DNA from: Promethearchaeota archaeon | GTDB taxonomy: Archaea > Asgardarchaeota > Lokiarchaeia > Sigyniarchaeales > SOKP01 | DNA: 64,000 nucleotides | Assembly (NCBI GenBank): GCA_016839745.1 | Contig: JAEOTS010000004.1 | Coordinates: forward strand, 1-64,000 | Reading direction: 5' to 3' | Notes under the pieces: generated by a model | The model's database searches: none | What the model was told of the DNA's origin: nothing | Seen by the model: only the letters and a program-made list of their open reading frames with translations | Translations under genes and position numbers: made by a program | Shown: piece by piece, positions 20,987 through 31,111 of the stretch | Position numbering within the stretch: position 1 is the stretch's first letter | Layout: the number at the start of each line of letters is the position of its first letter

Positions 20987-22030
20987 CTAAACGGTAATCA
21001 TCATCCCAAAAAGGAGCAATAATAACGCTAAAAAGATATCAAAAAGAATGCGAAATATCCTGTCTCCTGATGATTCTTCTAACTTAATATCATTTCTTAA
21101 ATAAGATTTTATCATATTTATTCCAATTTGTAAACTCTCTTTAACTCTAGAAAATTGTAATATAAGGAAAATTAAGCTAATTACTAGTAAAGAGCTGTAG
21201 ATAATCATCAAGGGCAGAACCAAATTACCACCTCTTAAAAAATCCCAAACTATTACGCTCGAGAGAATAGAATTAAAAGTTTTTGCAATGATTAGGGGGA
21301 GTAACCATTTTCTTCTTATTAATGTCAAAGAGAATATAAAACCTATTATAAACGATTTAATGAACCAAAGGGCACTAAAATAGGGACTGACTGTAAAAAA
21401 AAGGGGATTTAAAAAAACCTCTACGAAAGAAAAATAGAGAGTTGATATCATTGCTGCTGATACCTTGTTAAAATGTTCACTTCCTCTTTTTGCTATTAAA
21501 CCTCTGAAAACAGTTTCTTCTGAAAATGATATACTTAATTGAATCCCTATTGATAAAAATAAAAAAAGTGTAAAATTATCATTGTTTTCAAAAGCTAATG
21601 AAAAAGCACGGAAGAGCATTGTCTCAGGTAAACCAATTAGAAATACGAATTCAAGAGGGATTAATATTAGGAAGAACAATAAGAGACTATAAAGTAGTTG
21701 ATAGATGTAATTTTTTCTCGTCATTTTAAATAGTTTTAAATAACCCGTATGAGGCGCAAATTCTTTTTTAGTAGACTGTGAATTTTTTGTCTTAAATCTA
21801 TTAGCTACAAATAAAAATAATATTATAACTAAAAAGATCATTAAAGCCCTAATGAGGTAAAAGAGCATTCCAAACAACACGGAACTCTGATTCACTATAA
21901 ATGGTAATAGCATCCACTCTAAGATTAAAAATACAAATATTATTAAGAATATCGGAACAACTTCATAAAAGAGAAATTTCAAGCGTTTTGAAGCTATTTC
22001 TCTTCGATTATTAGATAGTAACCTTCCCAT
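20987..22030 (-). CDS. CPBP (CAAX protease / Abi) family multi-pass membrane protein with degenerate catalytic motifs
   Basis: SEETVFRG motif 1 and multiple TM helices; the His residues of later motifs are absent. Confidence 0.75.
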   Translation of the reverse strand: MGRLLSNNRREIASKRLKFLFYEVVPIFLIIFVFLILEWMLLPFIVNQSSVLFGMLFYLIRALMIFLVIILFLFVANRFKTKNSQSTKKEFAPHTGYLKLFKMTRKNYIYQLLYSLLLFFLILIPLEFVFLIGLPETMLFRAFSLAFENNDNFTLFLFLSIGIQLSISFSEETVFRGLIAKRGSEHFNKVSAAMISTLYFSFVEVFLNPLFFTVSPYFSALWFIKSFIIGFIFSLTLIRRKWLLPLIIAKTFNSILSSVIVWDFLRGGNLVLPLMIIYSSLLVISLIFLILQFSRVKESLQIGINMIKSYLRNDIKLEESSGDRIFRILFDIFLALLLLLFGMMITV

Positions 22031-22195
22031 TAATGTCCATCATTTCAAACATGTAAATTAAATAAAAGAAACGAATATTCCTTAAGAATTTTTATAGCCT
22101 GTGAATTGTTTCAAATTTATCCAGTTAATAAATAAGCTTAAAAAAAGTTATTTGTTATCTATATGTTAAGAATATAAACGAAGATAAATACATTT

Positions 22196-23335
22196 TTGTC
22201 GATGCTATACAAGAAAGAAAGACCAGCTATTTTAATGCTAAAAGATGGCCGTTATTTTGAAGGGATTGGATTTGGAGCGACTAAAAAAGTATATGGAGAA
22301 ATAGTATTCACAACAATCACCGGTGCGGGATATAATGAAACTCTCACTGATCCTTCCTATAAGGGACAAATAGTAGTTATGACTCATCCTTTAGTTGGAA
22401 ATTACGGAGTTCCTGCTTGGGAAAAGGATGCATACGGAATTCATAAATATTTTGAATCTGATTCGATAAAAGTGAGTGGATTTGTGGTAAATGAATGTTG
22501 CAAAAATCCCAGCCACTACGAAAGCGTAAAAACCTTAAACGAATTTTTATTGGAAGAAAATATTCCCGGGATCGAGTGGATAGATACAAGAGCTATTACA
22601 AAGGTTTTGAGAGAAGAAGGTGTTCAATTAGGCTTACTCGCAGTTTTTAATCCAGAAGAATCTCCTAATATTGAAGATTTAAGAGCTGAAGTCAAGAATG
22701 TGGAGGATCCCAACCTTAGAAACTTGGTTAGTGAGGTGTCTACAAAAGAAGTTAAGATTTTTATCCCTTCAAAACCACGAGGTAAAGTAGTTGTTGTTGA
22801 TTTAGGAGTAAAAAATAACATTTTGAGAAATTTGGTGCAGAGAAATATAGAAGTGATTTCTGTTCCTTTTACCTTTTCGTATGAAGAGATTATGAAGTTT
22901 AAACCTAATGGCGTATTTATCTCCAATGGCCCCGGAGATCCTGCTAGATACAAGGGTGTGATTAGCGTAGCTCGCGAATTAATTAATAATAGCATACCTA
23001 CTATGGGTATATGCTTAGGAAATCAGATAATTGCTTTAGGCGCTGGAGGTTCCTCGTATAAATTGAAATATGGTCATAGAGGTGGAAACAAAACAGTGAT
23101 AAATCCTAAAAGTAAACAGTGTTATATCACTTCTCAAAACCATGGCTTCTGCGTAAAAGATTTTGAACAAGGGGGATTTAGCGAATTTCTCACTAATATC
23201 GATGATAATTCTAATGAGGGATTAATTCACGATACTAAGCCAATTTTTGCAGTTCAATTTCACCCTGAAGCCTCTCCAGGGCCTTTAGACTCTCTCTATT
23301 TGTTTGATAAATTCATCGAGTTTATGGAGCTATGA
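22196..23335 (+). CDS. carA: Carbamoyl-phosphate synthase small subunit
   Basis: GEIVFTT...TDPSYKGQI, SNGPGDP, GICLG, SQNHGF and QFHPEASPGP. Confidence 0.97.
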   Translation: MSMLYKKERPAILMLKDGRYFEGIGFGATKKVYGEIVFTTITGAGYNETLTDPSYKGQIVVMTHPLVGNYGVPAWEKDAYGIHKYFESDSIKVSGFVVNECCKNPSHYESVKTLNEFLLEENIPGIEWIDTRAITKVLREEGVQLGLLAVFNPEESPNIEDLRAEVKNVEDPNLRNLVSEVSTKEVKIFIPSKPRGKVVVVDLGVKNNILRNLVQRNIEVISVPFTFSYEEIMKFKPNGVFISNGPGDPARYKGVISVARELINNSIPTMGICLGNQIIALGAGGSSYKLKYGHRGGNKTVINPKSKQCYITSQNHGFCVKDFEQGGFSEFLTNIDDNSNEGLIHDTKPIFAVQFHPEASPGPLDSLYLFDKFIEFMEL

Positions 23336-23339
23336 TATT

Positions 23340-26300
23340 ATGCCTGTTGATAAAAATATTAAAAAAGCATTAGTATTAGGTTCTGGAGGAATTCGAATTG
23401 GTCAAGCTGGAGAATTTGATTATTCTGGAAGTCAGGTATTAAAAGCCCTCAAAGAGGAAGGTATTAAAACGATCCTAATCAATCCCAATATTGCCACTAT
23501 CCAGACTGATCCTGAATTGTCAGATCAAGTTTACTTACTTCCGGTTAACGTTAAATATGTTGAGGAAATCATAAAAAAAGAGAAGCCAGACGGTATTCTA
23601 CTCGCGTTTGGAGGTCAAACTGCTTTAAATGTAGGAGTTGAGTTAAAAGAACTTGGTATATTAGAGAAATATAATATTAAAGTTCTTGGAACTCCAATAG
23701 AGGCAATAGAAGCCACGGAAGATCGAGATTTGTTCGTAAAAGCCATGAATAAAGCAAATGCTAAAGTATGCCAAAGTAAAGCTGTTACATCCTATAAGGA
23801 TGCTATCAATGTAGCTCAAGAGTTTGGTTTTCCTTTGATGCTTAGAGTAGCTTACACTTTAGGTGGTAGGGGTTCTGGTATCATCGATAATATGAAAGAT
23901 TTCGAACGGATGGCAAGGAAAGGCTTAGCACAGTCAAGAATTAATCAAATTTTAATCGAAGAATCCGTGTGGGGTTGGAAAGAAGTTGAATACGAGGTTG
24001 TAAGAGATTCCGCCGATAATTGCTTCATAAATTGCAACATGGAAAATTTTGACCCCGTTGGAATTCATACAGGCGAAAGTATAGTTGTAGCACCTAGCCA
24101 AACATTAACTAACGAAGAATATCATATGTTACGGTCTGCTTCAATTCGAGTTATCAGGGGGCTCGGAATCATTGGTGAATGCAACATTCAGTATGCGTTA
24201 AATCCGTTTTCAAAAGAATTCCGAGTTATAGAAGTTAACGCTCGACTTTCAAGATCATCCGCATTAGCTTCAAAGGCTACCGGGTACCCCTTGGCATACA
24301 TTGCTGCTAAATTAGCAATTGGATATACTTTACCTGAGTTGAAAAACAAGATAACGGGGATAACTACTGCATGTTTTGAACCCGCACTTGATTATTTAGT
24401 TCTGAAAATACCTCGATGGGATTTAACTAAATTTCAAAAAGTTGATCGTCGCATTGGAAGTCAAATGAAATCTGTTGGAGAGGTAATGGCAATTGGGAGA
24501 ACTTTTGAAGAGGTTCTACAAAAAGCGATAAGAATGCTGGATATAGGTATGAAAGGATTAGTAGCAAATGATTTAGCATATATTGAAGATGCTAACGAAT
24601 TAAAATATGCTTTAAGAAATCCTACTGACTTAAGACTCTTTAGAATTGCTGAGGCAATCAAAAGAGGAATTTCAATAGATGAAATATATCGTTTATCGAG
24701 AGTAGATAAATGGTTCTTGTATAAATTAAAAAATATTGTAGACCTTAACCGCCAAATTCAAGATATTAAATTGCTTGAATCAGACGATAATGAGAAAAAA
24801 TACTGGCTACAGCGAGCTAAAAGATTTGGTTTTTCTGACGGGCAAATTGCTAAGATAATGGGCGTGGATTCGATTTTTATTCGACAAATGAGAAGAAGAT
24901 TAAACATTCAGCCTTATGTTAAAAGAATCGATACATTAGCAGCGGAATGGCCAGCTGTAACAAATTATCTTTATCTGACTTACAGTGCTTCTGAACACGA
25001 CATTGACTTTGAAAGCGAAAATAGATCCAACCTTAAGAAAATTATTGTATTAGGCTCAGGAACTTATCGTATTGGTGCTTCAGTGGAGTTTGATTGGGGA
25101 TCAGTTAATTGTTTGTGGGGCTTGAAAAAACTTGGAATCGACCAAGCGATAATGATTAACTATAATCCAGAAACAGTATCAACTGATTATGATATATCAG
25201 ATAAACTCTACTTCGAAGAATTATCTGGAGAAAGAGTGTTGGACATTTGTGAGCTTGAAAAAGCAGATGGTATAGTAGTCTCTGCAGGAGGGCAAATAGC
25301 AAATAATTTGGCCGCTAAATTTTCTAAGTATTCGGATTTTTTTAGAAAAGCAAGTATAAAAATTCTTGGTACTCACGGAACGCGCATAGATATGGCGGAA
25401 AATAGAAGCAAATTCAGCACTTTATTGGATCAATTGAATATTAAACAACCTGAATGGAATGCTTTAACAACTAAAGAAGAAGCAGTAGAATTTGCGAAGA
25501 AAGTTGGGTATCCCGTACTCGTAAGACCATCATATGTATTAAGCGGTGCTGCTATGAGAGTTTCGTACGATGTAAAAACTCTAAAAGATACGCTTGATCT
25601 CGCCGCATCTATCTCAAGTGAATATCCAGTAGTTATAACTAAATTTTTTACTAACGCAAGAGAAATTGAGTGTGATGGCGTATGCGATGGTGAAAAAGTG
25701 TTTATCGGAGCTATTGTCGAACATATTGAGAATGCGGGTATTCATAGTGGAGATGCAACAATGGCTATACCGCCTCAAACAGTTTCTAGCGAAGTTATAT
25801 TAAAAATTGAAGACTATACAAAAAAAATCGCCCTAGCATTGAAAATTCAAGGACCATTTAATGTTCAATATCTTGTCAAAAATAGCGAAGTTTTTGTAAT
25901 CGAATGCAACCTACGCTCAAGTCGAAGTATGCCCTATGTTTCCAAAACTCGTGGCATTAATTTGATGAGACTTGCGGCTGAAGTTATTATGGGGGGTAAA
26001 ATTCCAAAAAGGTTAATGAATCTTCCTCTAGGAAACTATGTTTCTATTAAAGCACCTATGTTTTCTTTTATGAGACTTGATAAAGCAGATCCCGTTCTTG
26101 GTGTAGAAATGAGCTCTACAGGAGAAGTAGCATGCATAGGTGAAACCTTTCCTGATGCCCTTATGAAGTCGTTAGAAGCTGCTGATATGAATGTTCCAAT
26201 AGAGGGAGGAAATATATTAATTTCTGTAGGCGGAGAAAAATTGAAAAATGAAGTAATCCCCTTGGCGAAAGAGATTAGTAAACTAGGATTTACTATTTTT

Positions 26301-26651
26301 GCAACAGAAGATACTAAAAATGCTTTGACAAGGAATAATATAAACGCTGTGAAACTTTATAAAGTTCACGAATATGGGTTAGAGCCTAATATTATGCAAT
26401 GTTTACAGGATGGACGTATCGACATGGTAATTAACATCCCATTACCAACGACAGTAGAAGAGAAATTTAAAACAATAATGGAAGACGAATATAAAATTAG
26501 ACGCATGGCAGTAGATTATAACATTCCTGTGATAATTAATTTACAATTAGCTAAAGCAGTTATAGATGCGATCAAAATTACAAGAGAAAAAAAGCTAGAA
26601 ATTAAATCACTTAACGAATATCATCAAATACTGAAAGAAGTTTATTGGTAA
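23340..26651 (+). CDS. carB: Carbamoyl-phosphate synthase large subunit
   Basis: GSGGIRIGQAGEFDYSGSQ, two ATP-grasp halves and a C-terminal MGS domain. ATG at 23340 (MPVDKNIKK) preferred over the track's 23304. Confidence 0.97.
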   Translation: MPVDKNIKKALVLGSGGIRIGQAGEFDYSGSQVLKALKEEGIKTILINPNIATIQTDPELSDQVYLLPVNVKYVEEIIKKEKPDGILLAFGGQTALNVGVELKELGILEKYNIKVLGTPIEAIEATEDRDLFVKAMNKANAKVCQSKAVTSYKDAINVAQEFGFPLMLRVAYTLGGRGSGIIDNMKDFERMARKGLAQSRINQILIEESVWGWKEVEYEVVRDSADNCFINCNMENFDPVGIHTGESIVVAPSQTLTNEEYHMLRSASIRVIRGLGIIGECNIQYALNPFSKEFRVIEVNARLSRSSALASKATGYPLAYIAAKLAIGYTLPELKNKITGITTACFEPALDYLVLKIPRWDLTKFQKVDRRIGSQMKSVGEVMAIGRTFEEVLQKAIRMLDIGMKGLVANDLAYIEDANELKYALRNPTDLRLFRIAEAIKRGISIDEIYRLSRVDKWFLYKLKNIVDLNRQIQDIKLLESDDNEKKYWLQRAKRFGFSDGQIAKIMGVDSIFIRQMRRRLNIQPYVKRIDTLAAEWPAVTNYLYLTYSASEHDIDFESENRSNLKKIIVLGSGTYRIGASVEFDWGSVNCLWGLKKLGIDQAIMINYNPETVSTDYDISDKLYFEELSGERVLDICELEKADGIVVSAGGQIANNLAAKFSKYSDFFRKASIKILGTHGTRIDMAENRSKFSTLLDQLNIKQPEWNALTTKEEAVEFAKKVGYPVLVRPSYVLSGAAMRVSYDVKTLKDTLDLAASISSEYPVVITKFFTNAREIECDGVCDGEKVFIGAIVEHIENAGIHSGDATMAIPPQTVSSEVILKIEDYTKKIALALKIQGPFNVQYLVKNSEVFVIECNLRSSRSMPYVSKTRGINLMRLAAEVIMGGKIPKRLMNLPLGNYVSIKAPMFSFMRLDKADPVLGVEMSSTGEVACIGETFPDALMKSLEAADMNVPIEGGNILISVGGEKLKNEVIPLAKEISKLGFTIFATEDTKNALTRNNINAVKLYKVHEYGLEPNIMQCLQDGRIDMVINIPLPTTVEEKFKTIMEDEYKIRRMAVDYNIPVIINLQLAKAVIDAIKITREKKLEIKSLNEYHQILKEVYW

Positions 26652-26685
26652 GAAAGTAGGAAATAAAAAAAAGGAAATTAAATTT

Positions 26686-27642
26686 TTATTTTCGATTAAT
26701 TTTTGTAAAAATCCAGGGTACTAATGTGACGAGTATAAATGAAAGTAGTAGGTATTGCAATAAATCCATAATTGGGGATTCTGGAAATACAGTACTAAGA
26801 ACTAAGTATAGGACTAAGGTAATCACTATTCCAATAACCAAATTTAAGATTCTTTGATTAGTACTTAACTCTCTAGGATCATACTTTATTTTTTCCTTCT
26901 CAAGAGTATATCCTAAGCCTAATCCCATCATCGCACCACTCACTAATCCATAATCACCTAATGGAGCTGGAAATGCATAAATTCCGATTAAGAATAATAT
27001 AATTGGTATTGCGATTGACAATATAAGTTTAATTACAATCGACATCGATGAGAGTGTTTCAGATAACTTTGGTTCTAAGAGAATTACCAGAATTAACCAT
27101 ATAAATCCAAAGGTTAATCCGCCCCAAACATCTTGTATATCATGTACTCCGATTATTATTCTCGAAGCTGCTATGATGTATATTAAAATGGTAAATATCC
27201 AAAAGAATATTTTGCTATTCTTTATGTGTGCTTCATAGGCTAAAAATCCATAAGCTGCAACTCCTTGTTGAGAGTGACCTGAAGGGAATCCATATCCGTC
27301 GGCAACAGGTTCACTATCTCGAATATTAGTATATGGTCTTGGATCTTGAAAAATGTCTTTTATAATTGAATTTATATAATATGAACCTAATACCGAATAG
27401 GCTAGATTTTTAGCAACCTGCTTATCATAAACATACCATACTATTACAATTAGAAAAATATATACCCTTGTATCCCCTAGTTCAGTTATTAACGAAAAAA
27501 GAGCATACATAATGCTATTGTCGTAAAAGAATTCATTAAACCAGATATTTAGCCCAGCGAGGTATAGGATTAACCCAACTACAAATGTAACTCCAGCAAA
27601 GATTAATATATAGATAAAAAATTTCTTCATATCTTCGTTCAA
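26686..27642 (-). CDS. PAP2-family membrane phosphatase
   Basis: KDIFQDPRP, FPSGH and SRIIIGVHDIQDV motifs. Confidence 0.92.
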   Translation of the reverse strand: MNEDMKKFFIYILIFAGVTFVVGLILYLAGLNIWFNEFFYDNSIMYALFSLITELGDTRVYIFLIVIVWYVYDKQVAKNLAYSVLGSYYINSIIKDIFQDPRPYTNIRDSEPVADGYGFPSGHSQQGVAAYGFLAYEAHIKNSKIFFWIFTILIYIIAASRIIIGVHDIQDVWGGLTFGFIWLILVILLEPKLSETLSSMSIVIKLILSIAIPIILFLIGIYAFPAPLGDYGLVSGAMMGLGLGYTLEKEKIKYDPRELSTNQRILNLVIGIVITLVLYLVLSTVFPESPIMDLLQYLLLSFILVTLVPWIFTKINRK

Positions 27643-27854
27643 TATTTTTCACTTTTTATTTTAGTTTCTAGTAAAAACAATAGATATGATATTATTGTTA
27701 CACACTACTATAAAAGGCTTTCCTCAAAAATTACCGGTAAAAATTTAATTTCACCATTAATAAAAACCATGAAAAAAAATAAATAGTAAATAAATTTTGC
27801 TTTAGATAACTGTTAAAAAGTGAGAAATAACAAAAAATTTCGGGTGTCGAGTAA

Positions 27855-28142
27855 ATTTACTATCGGGGTTACATTTTAGTTCGCTTGAAAATCATCGGAA
27901 CACAGTGGAAGATCGTAGAGAAATTGAAGGACTTAAGACCGGAAGAACAACAAGATTGGAATATAACTTACGCATCACCTACATACGGGGGATGGGATTT
28001 AATTATCGAATGTGCATTTAATAATCTTGAAGATTTAGATAAAATTGTATCTTTCTGTCGGACTGATAATGATTTAAAAGAATGGATCGATGCTACTACG
28101 ACCCTAATTAGCACTAAAAAAAGTTTCAATCTCGAAAATTGA
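27855..28142 (+). CDS. Lrp/AsnC ligand-binding (RAM)-like small protein
   Basis: YGGWDLIIECAFNNLEDLDKIV...IDATTTLI. In-frame upstream IYYRGYILVR supplies the first beta-strand; the track starts at TTG 27885. Confidence 0.65.
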   Translation: MYYRGYILVRLKIIGTQWKIVEKLKDLRPEEQQDWNITYASPTYGGWDLIIECAFNNLEDLDKIVSFCRTDNDLKEWIDATTTLISTKKSFNLEN

Positions 28143-28148
28143 TTCCCC

Positions 28149-29147
28149 TTAAATCAGATTATTTATAATTATTTCTGAAATATCTGACGAATATTCACCC
28201 GTTCTCCTTATGCTCTCAATAATAAATCCTATTTCCACGAGATATTCCGAATTTGGGTTAATTTTAATGGCATTACAAGCATCTGTTAATTTTTTTATGG
28301 ATTCAATATTTTCGTTTGCTAAATTTAAGTCTTTTTGTAGCCACGCATCTAAGCTCTTGTTGAGTAATTCAAGAGAAATTTCGCTAGCTTTCATAATGTT
28401 TTCGTATAATTTCTTATCTATTTTTTGATAATCTATCAAGATTACATTTTTAGCGATTTTAACAGCGTGATCGCCTATTCGTTCTAAAAACCTGCTAATA
28501 AATTTAAAATTACTAGCATCTTCTAAAGTAATACCTAACTTTTGACATAAAATAATATCTCGCAACACTATGTGAGCCTGGCGCTCAACTAACCAATTTA
28601 ATCTGTCTATTTCATCGTCAATCTCTATTACTTTTTCCGCAAGCATTTTATCTCCCGTCTCAAGGGCTTTCAATGCATCTTCATGCATACTATTAGCAAT
28701 AATATACATTCTTCTTATTGTTTTTTCAAAAGGCATTTCTGTGGGGTCTACTAAATCTTTTATTTTAATGGTATTTTCTGATTCCTCTTCGATTTCTGTA
28801 CCTATAGTGATATCTCGAAACGCTCTAACAGTATGCTTAATATCTGAGATAAATTTTCGACTAGAAGTCACTTCTATTATATTGTACCCCATGATATAAG
28901 CTCCTATTAACAGTCTGAATAAAAAATCAGAATCCTTAATTTCGTCAACATCAAACTTCTTCTCTATAATCTGTTTTTCTGAACTCATGTATGGAGTAAT
29001 TAATAAATTGCCATCGGGTTGTGAGAGTACTCCAATAGTATCTTTAGCTTTGATACCATGTTTCGTTATCCATTCTTTTGGTAAACTAATAATATATGAA
29101 GATCCTCCTGTTTGTTGCACTTTTCTAGCTTCAATATTGAAAGACAT
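28149..29147 (-). CDS. phoU: Archaeal phosphate-uptake regulator (AbrB-like DNA-binding domain + PhoU domains)
   Basis: RKVQQTGGSSYIISLPKEW; DDEIDRL; LERIGDHA. Confidence 0.92.
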   Translation of the reverse strand: MSFNIEARKVQQTGGSSYIISLPKEWITKHGIKAKDTIGVLSQPDGNLLITPYMSSEKQIIEKKFDVDEIKDSDFLFRLLIGAYIMGYNIIEVTSSRKFISDIKHTVRAFRDITIGTEIEEESENTIKIKDLVDPTEMPFEKTIRRMYIIANSMHEDALKALETGDKMLAEKVIEIDDEIDRLNWLVERQAHIVLRDIILCQKLGITLEDASNFKFISRFLERIGDHAVKIAKNVILIDYQKIDKKLYENIMKASEISLELLNKSLDAWLQKDLNLANENIESIKKLTDACNAIKINPNSEYLVEIGFIIESIRRTGEYSSDISEIIINNLI

Positions 29148-29388
29148 AAGTTTTTCTACTCATTTTTCATCTATATATAATATAATACTAACAAACTACA
29201 TTAAAAACACTTTACTTATACTTAATAAAAGCAATACAAAAAACAAAAATCTTACCTATATATTCTATATAGATATTTAAGATGACATATTACTTTTTTA
29301 AAACCCCTTAAAGCCGAGATTTATACAGATAATTCTGAGATTCCGGACGATCCTTTAGAATTTGTATAATAGTTCTTTGGACTTAGAT

Positions 29389-30996
29389 TTAAAAATTATA
29401 AAATTCATTATATTTCTCCAAAGATTCTAAAAAAGGACGAACCGATTCCGAGATAATGGGACTTGGCCTGTAAAAATTACTAACATCGAAAGCCCTTAAG
29501 GCTTTTAAGTTAGCAACGCATTCAGGAATTTTTTCAATGTAGTTGTTGGGAAACCTAATTACTTCAAGTTGGTCAAGTGAGCATAAAAGTTTTGGAAACA
29601 GCGTTAAATAAGTTGTGTCTGTATGGTGAATATGAAGTTCGATTACACGGCGGTCTCTATTAATCTTGTAATGAAACATCCAGTGCATATCATCTTGATT
29701 CTCGTCAAGGTTAGTGTAGATTTCAGTCTGGATCAAGTCTCTCTTTAATAGAATGCTAAACTGAGCTATTATCCTGGCGTCTTGCAGAACTACTCCTTGA
29801 TTCAAGTAATGATCAATCTTATCAGATGTATCCCATGGATTAACATAATCAGATTGAATTTTCTCTTGATAATCTTTAATACTATAAGGAGAAAGCTCAT
29901 GATCTGGAAAATGAGGATTTGGTTTAATATTGTAAATATTATCTACCACTGGATTCTCCATACTACCTATCTGTGATTTAATAATTGTTAGATTCGAATT
30001 TGAATTAAAATCAGATAGCATTACACAGTATGATATATCTAAGTTTACGAGATTTATTAATTTTTTAATTGAATCAGGGAGCTTTTCCAAATTCTTGCAA
30101 GCATATAGATCAAGTCTTCTAAGATTTTTTAAATTTCCTATACTACTCGGAAGAGAAACCAGCTCTCGGCAACCTTTTAAAGTGATAGTATTAAGGTTTA
30201 TCATTGTTCCAATACTGTCTGGTAGCTCAACTAAGGAATAACAGTAACTTAAATCAAGACATGTAATTAAAAATAGTTTAGAAATACTTTCTGGTATTGA
30301 GGTTATACGACTACATCCGTTAAAATTTAAACCATTAAGTGTTTGCAAGTTTCCAATGTCTTTTGGTAAACCTTCGAGTAAATTACATGACTTTAAACAT
30401 AAAATTCTAAGGTTCGGTAAATCTATTATACTTTCAGGTAGTTTTTTTAAAGATCGACAATTTTCTAAATCCAATACTTGTAGAGATGTTAAATCTCCTA
30501 AATGTGGAGGTAGTGAAGTTAAAGTTTGGCAATTTCGTAGTGTTAAACTTTTTAAATTCTTTAGATTCACCAATGTAGAAGGTAAATCTTTAATGGAGAA
30601 GCAATCTGTAAGATTCAAGTGCTCCAGATTTTTTAAGAAACCTAACTCAACTGGTAAAGTATTCAAGGATCTACAACCTGTACAGTCCAACATGTTCAAA
30701 TTCTTTAGGTTACCAATACTTCTTGGTATTGAGGTTAATTCTCGACAATCAATAAGTCTTAAATCCTTCAAATGCTCTAATCCTCCAATACTTTTAGGTA
30801 ATTCAAGTAAAGGCTTACTCAAAGCACCATGTAGTGTACTAATAATTAAAGAAGAAACACAGTCATTTTCGAAAATAAAGCCAAAATTTTGTTCACTTAT
30901 ATTTTGGAAACTCTTAATTTCATTTAACTCCTGCAATTCCCCACCAAAAGCACACTCAATATCATTGAGAATTAACTTATCTTTCGATTGTTTCAT
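29389..30996 (-). CDS. Leucine-rich-repeat protein with 11 plant-R-protein-type 24-aa repeats and a second C-terminal LRR unit
   Basis: Repeats such as LKNLRRLDLYACKNLEKLPDSIKK and LTSLQVLDLENCRSLKKLPESIID. Confidence 0.92.
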   Translation of the reverse strand: MKQSKDKLILNDIECAFGGELQELNEIKSFQNISEQNFGFIFENDCVSSLIISTLHGALSKPLLELPKSIGGLEHLKDLRLIDCRELTSIPRSIGNLKNLNMLDCTGCRSLNTLPVELGFLKNLEHLNLTDCFSIKDLPSTLVNLKNLKSLTLRNCQTLTSLPPHLGDLTSLQVLDLENCRSLKKLPESIIDLPNLRILCLKSCNLLEGLPKDIGNLQTLNGLNFNGCSRITSIPESISKLFLITCLDLSYCYSLVELPDSIGTMINLNTITLKGCRELVSLPSSIGNLKNLRRLDLYACKNLEKLPDSIKKLINLVNLDISYCVMLSDFNSNSNLTIIKSQIGSMENPVVDNIYNIKPNPHFPDHELSPYSIKDYQEKIQSDYVNPWDTSDKIDHYLNQGVVLQDARIIAQFSILLKRDLIQTEIYTNLDENQDDMHWMFHYKINRDRRVIELHIHHTDTTYLTLFPKLLCSLDQLEVIRFPNNYIEKIPECVANLKALRAFDVSNFYRPSPIISESVRPFLESLEKYNEFYNF

Positions 30997-31111
30997 AAGC
31001 TCTTCCTTCAGCTAAAAAACCACCTTCAAGCAATGCCTTATTAAATATAGAAACAATAAACATTTTTAAACTTAAGGAGTCCAAATCTATATATAAAAAT
31101 AAAAAATAACT

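Noticed and set aside
28987-29280. 97-aa plus-strand ORF
   Set aside because: Antisense to the phoU 5' end, running into low-complexity promoter DNA.
29282-29370. Short ORF with TTTTTTAAAA slippery site leading into PLKAEIYTDNSEIPDDPLEFV
   Set aside because: Too short to separate programmed frameshifting from a decayed remnant or chance.
30356-31015. 219-aa plus-strand ORF with periodic sequence
   Set aside because: Antisense shadow of the LRR gene; its periodicity mirrors the repeats.
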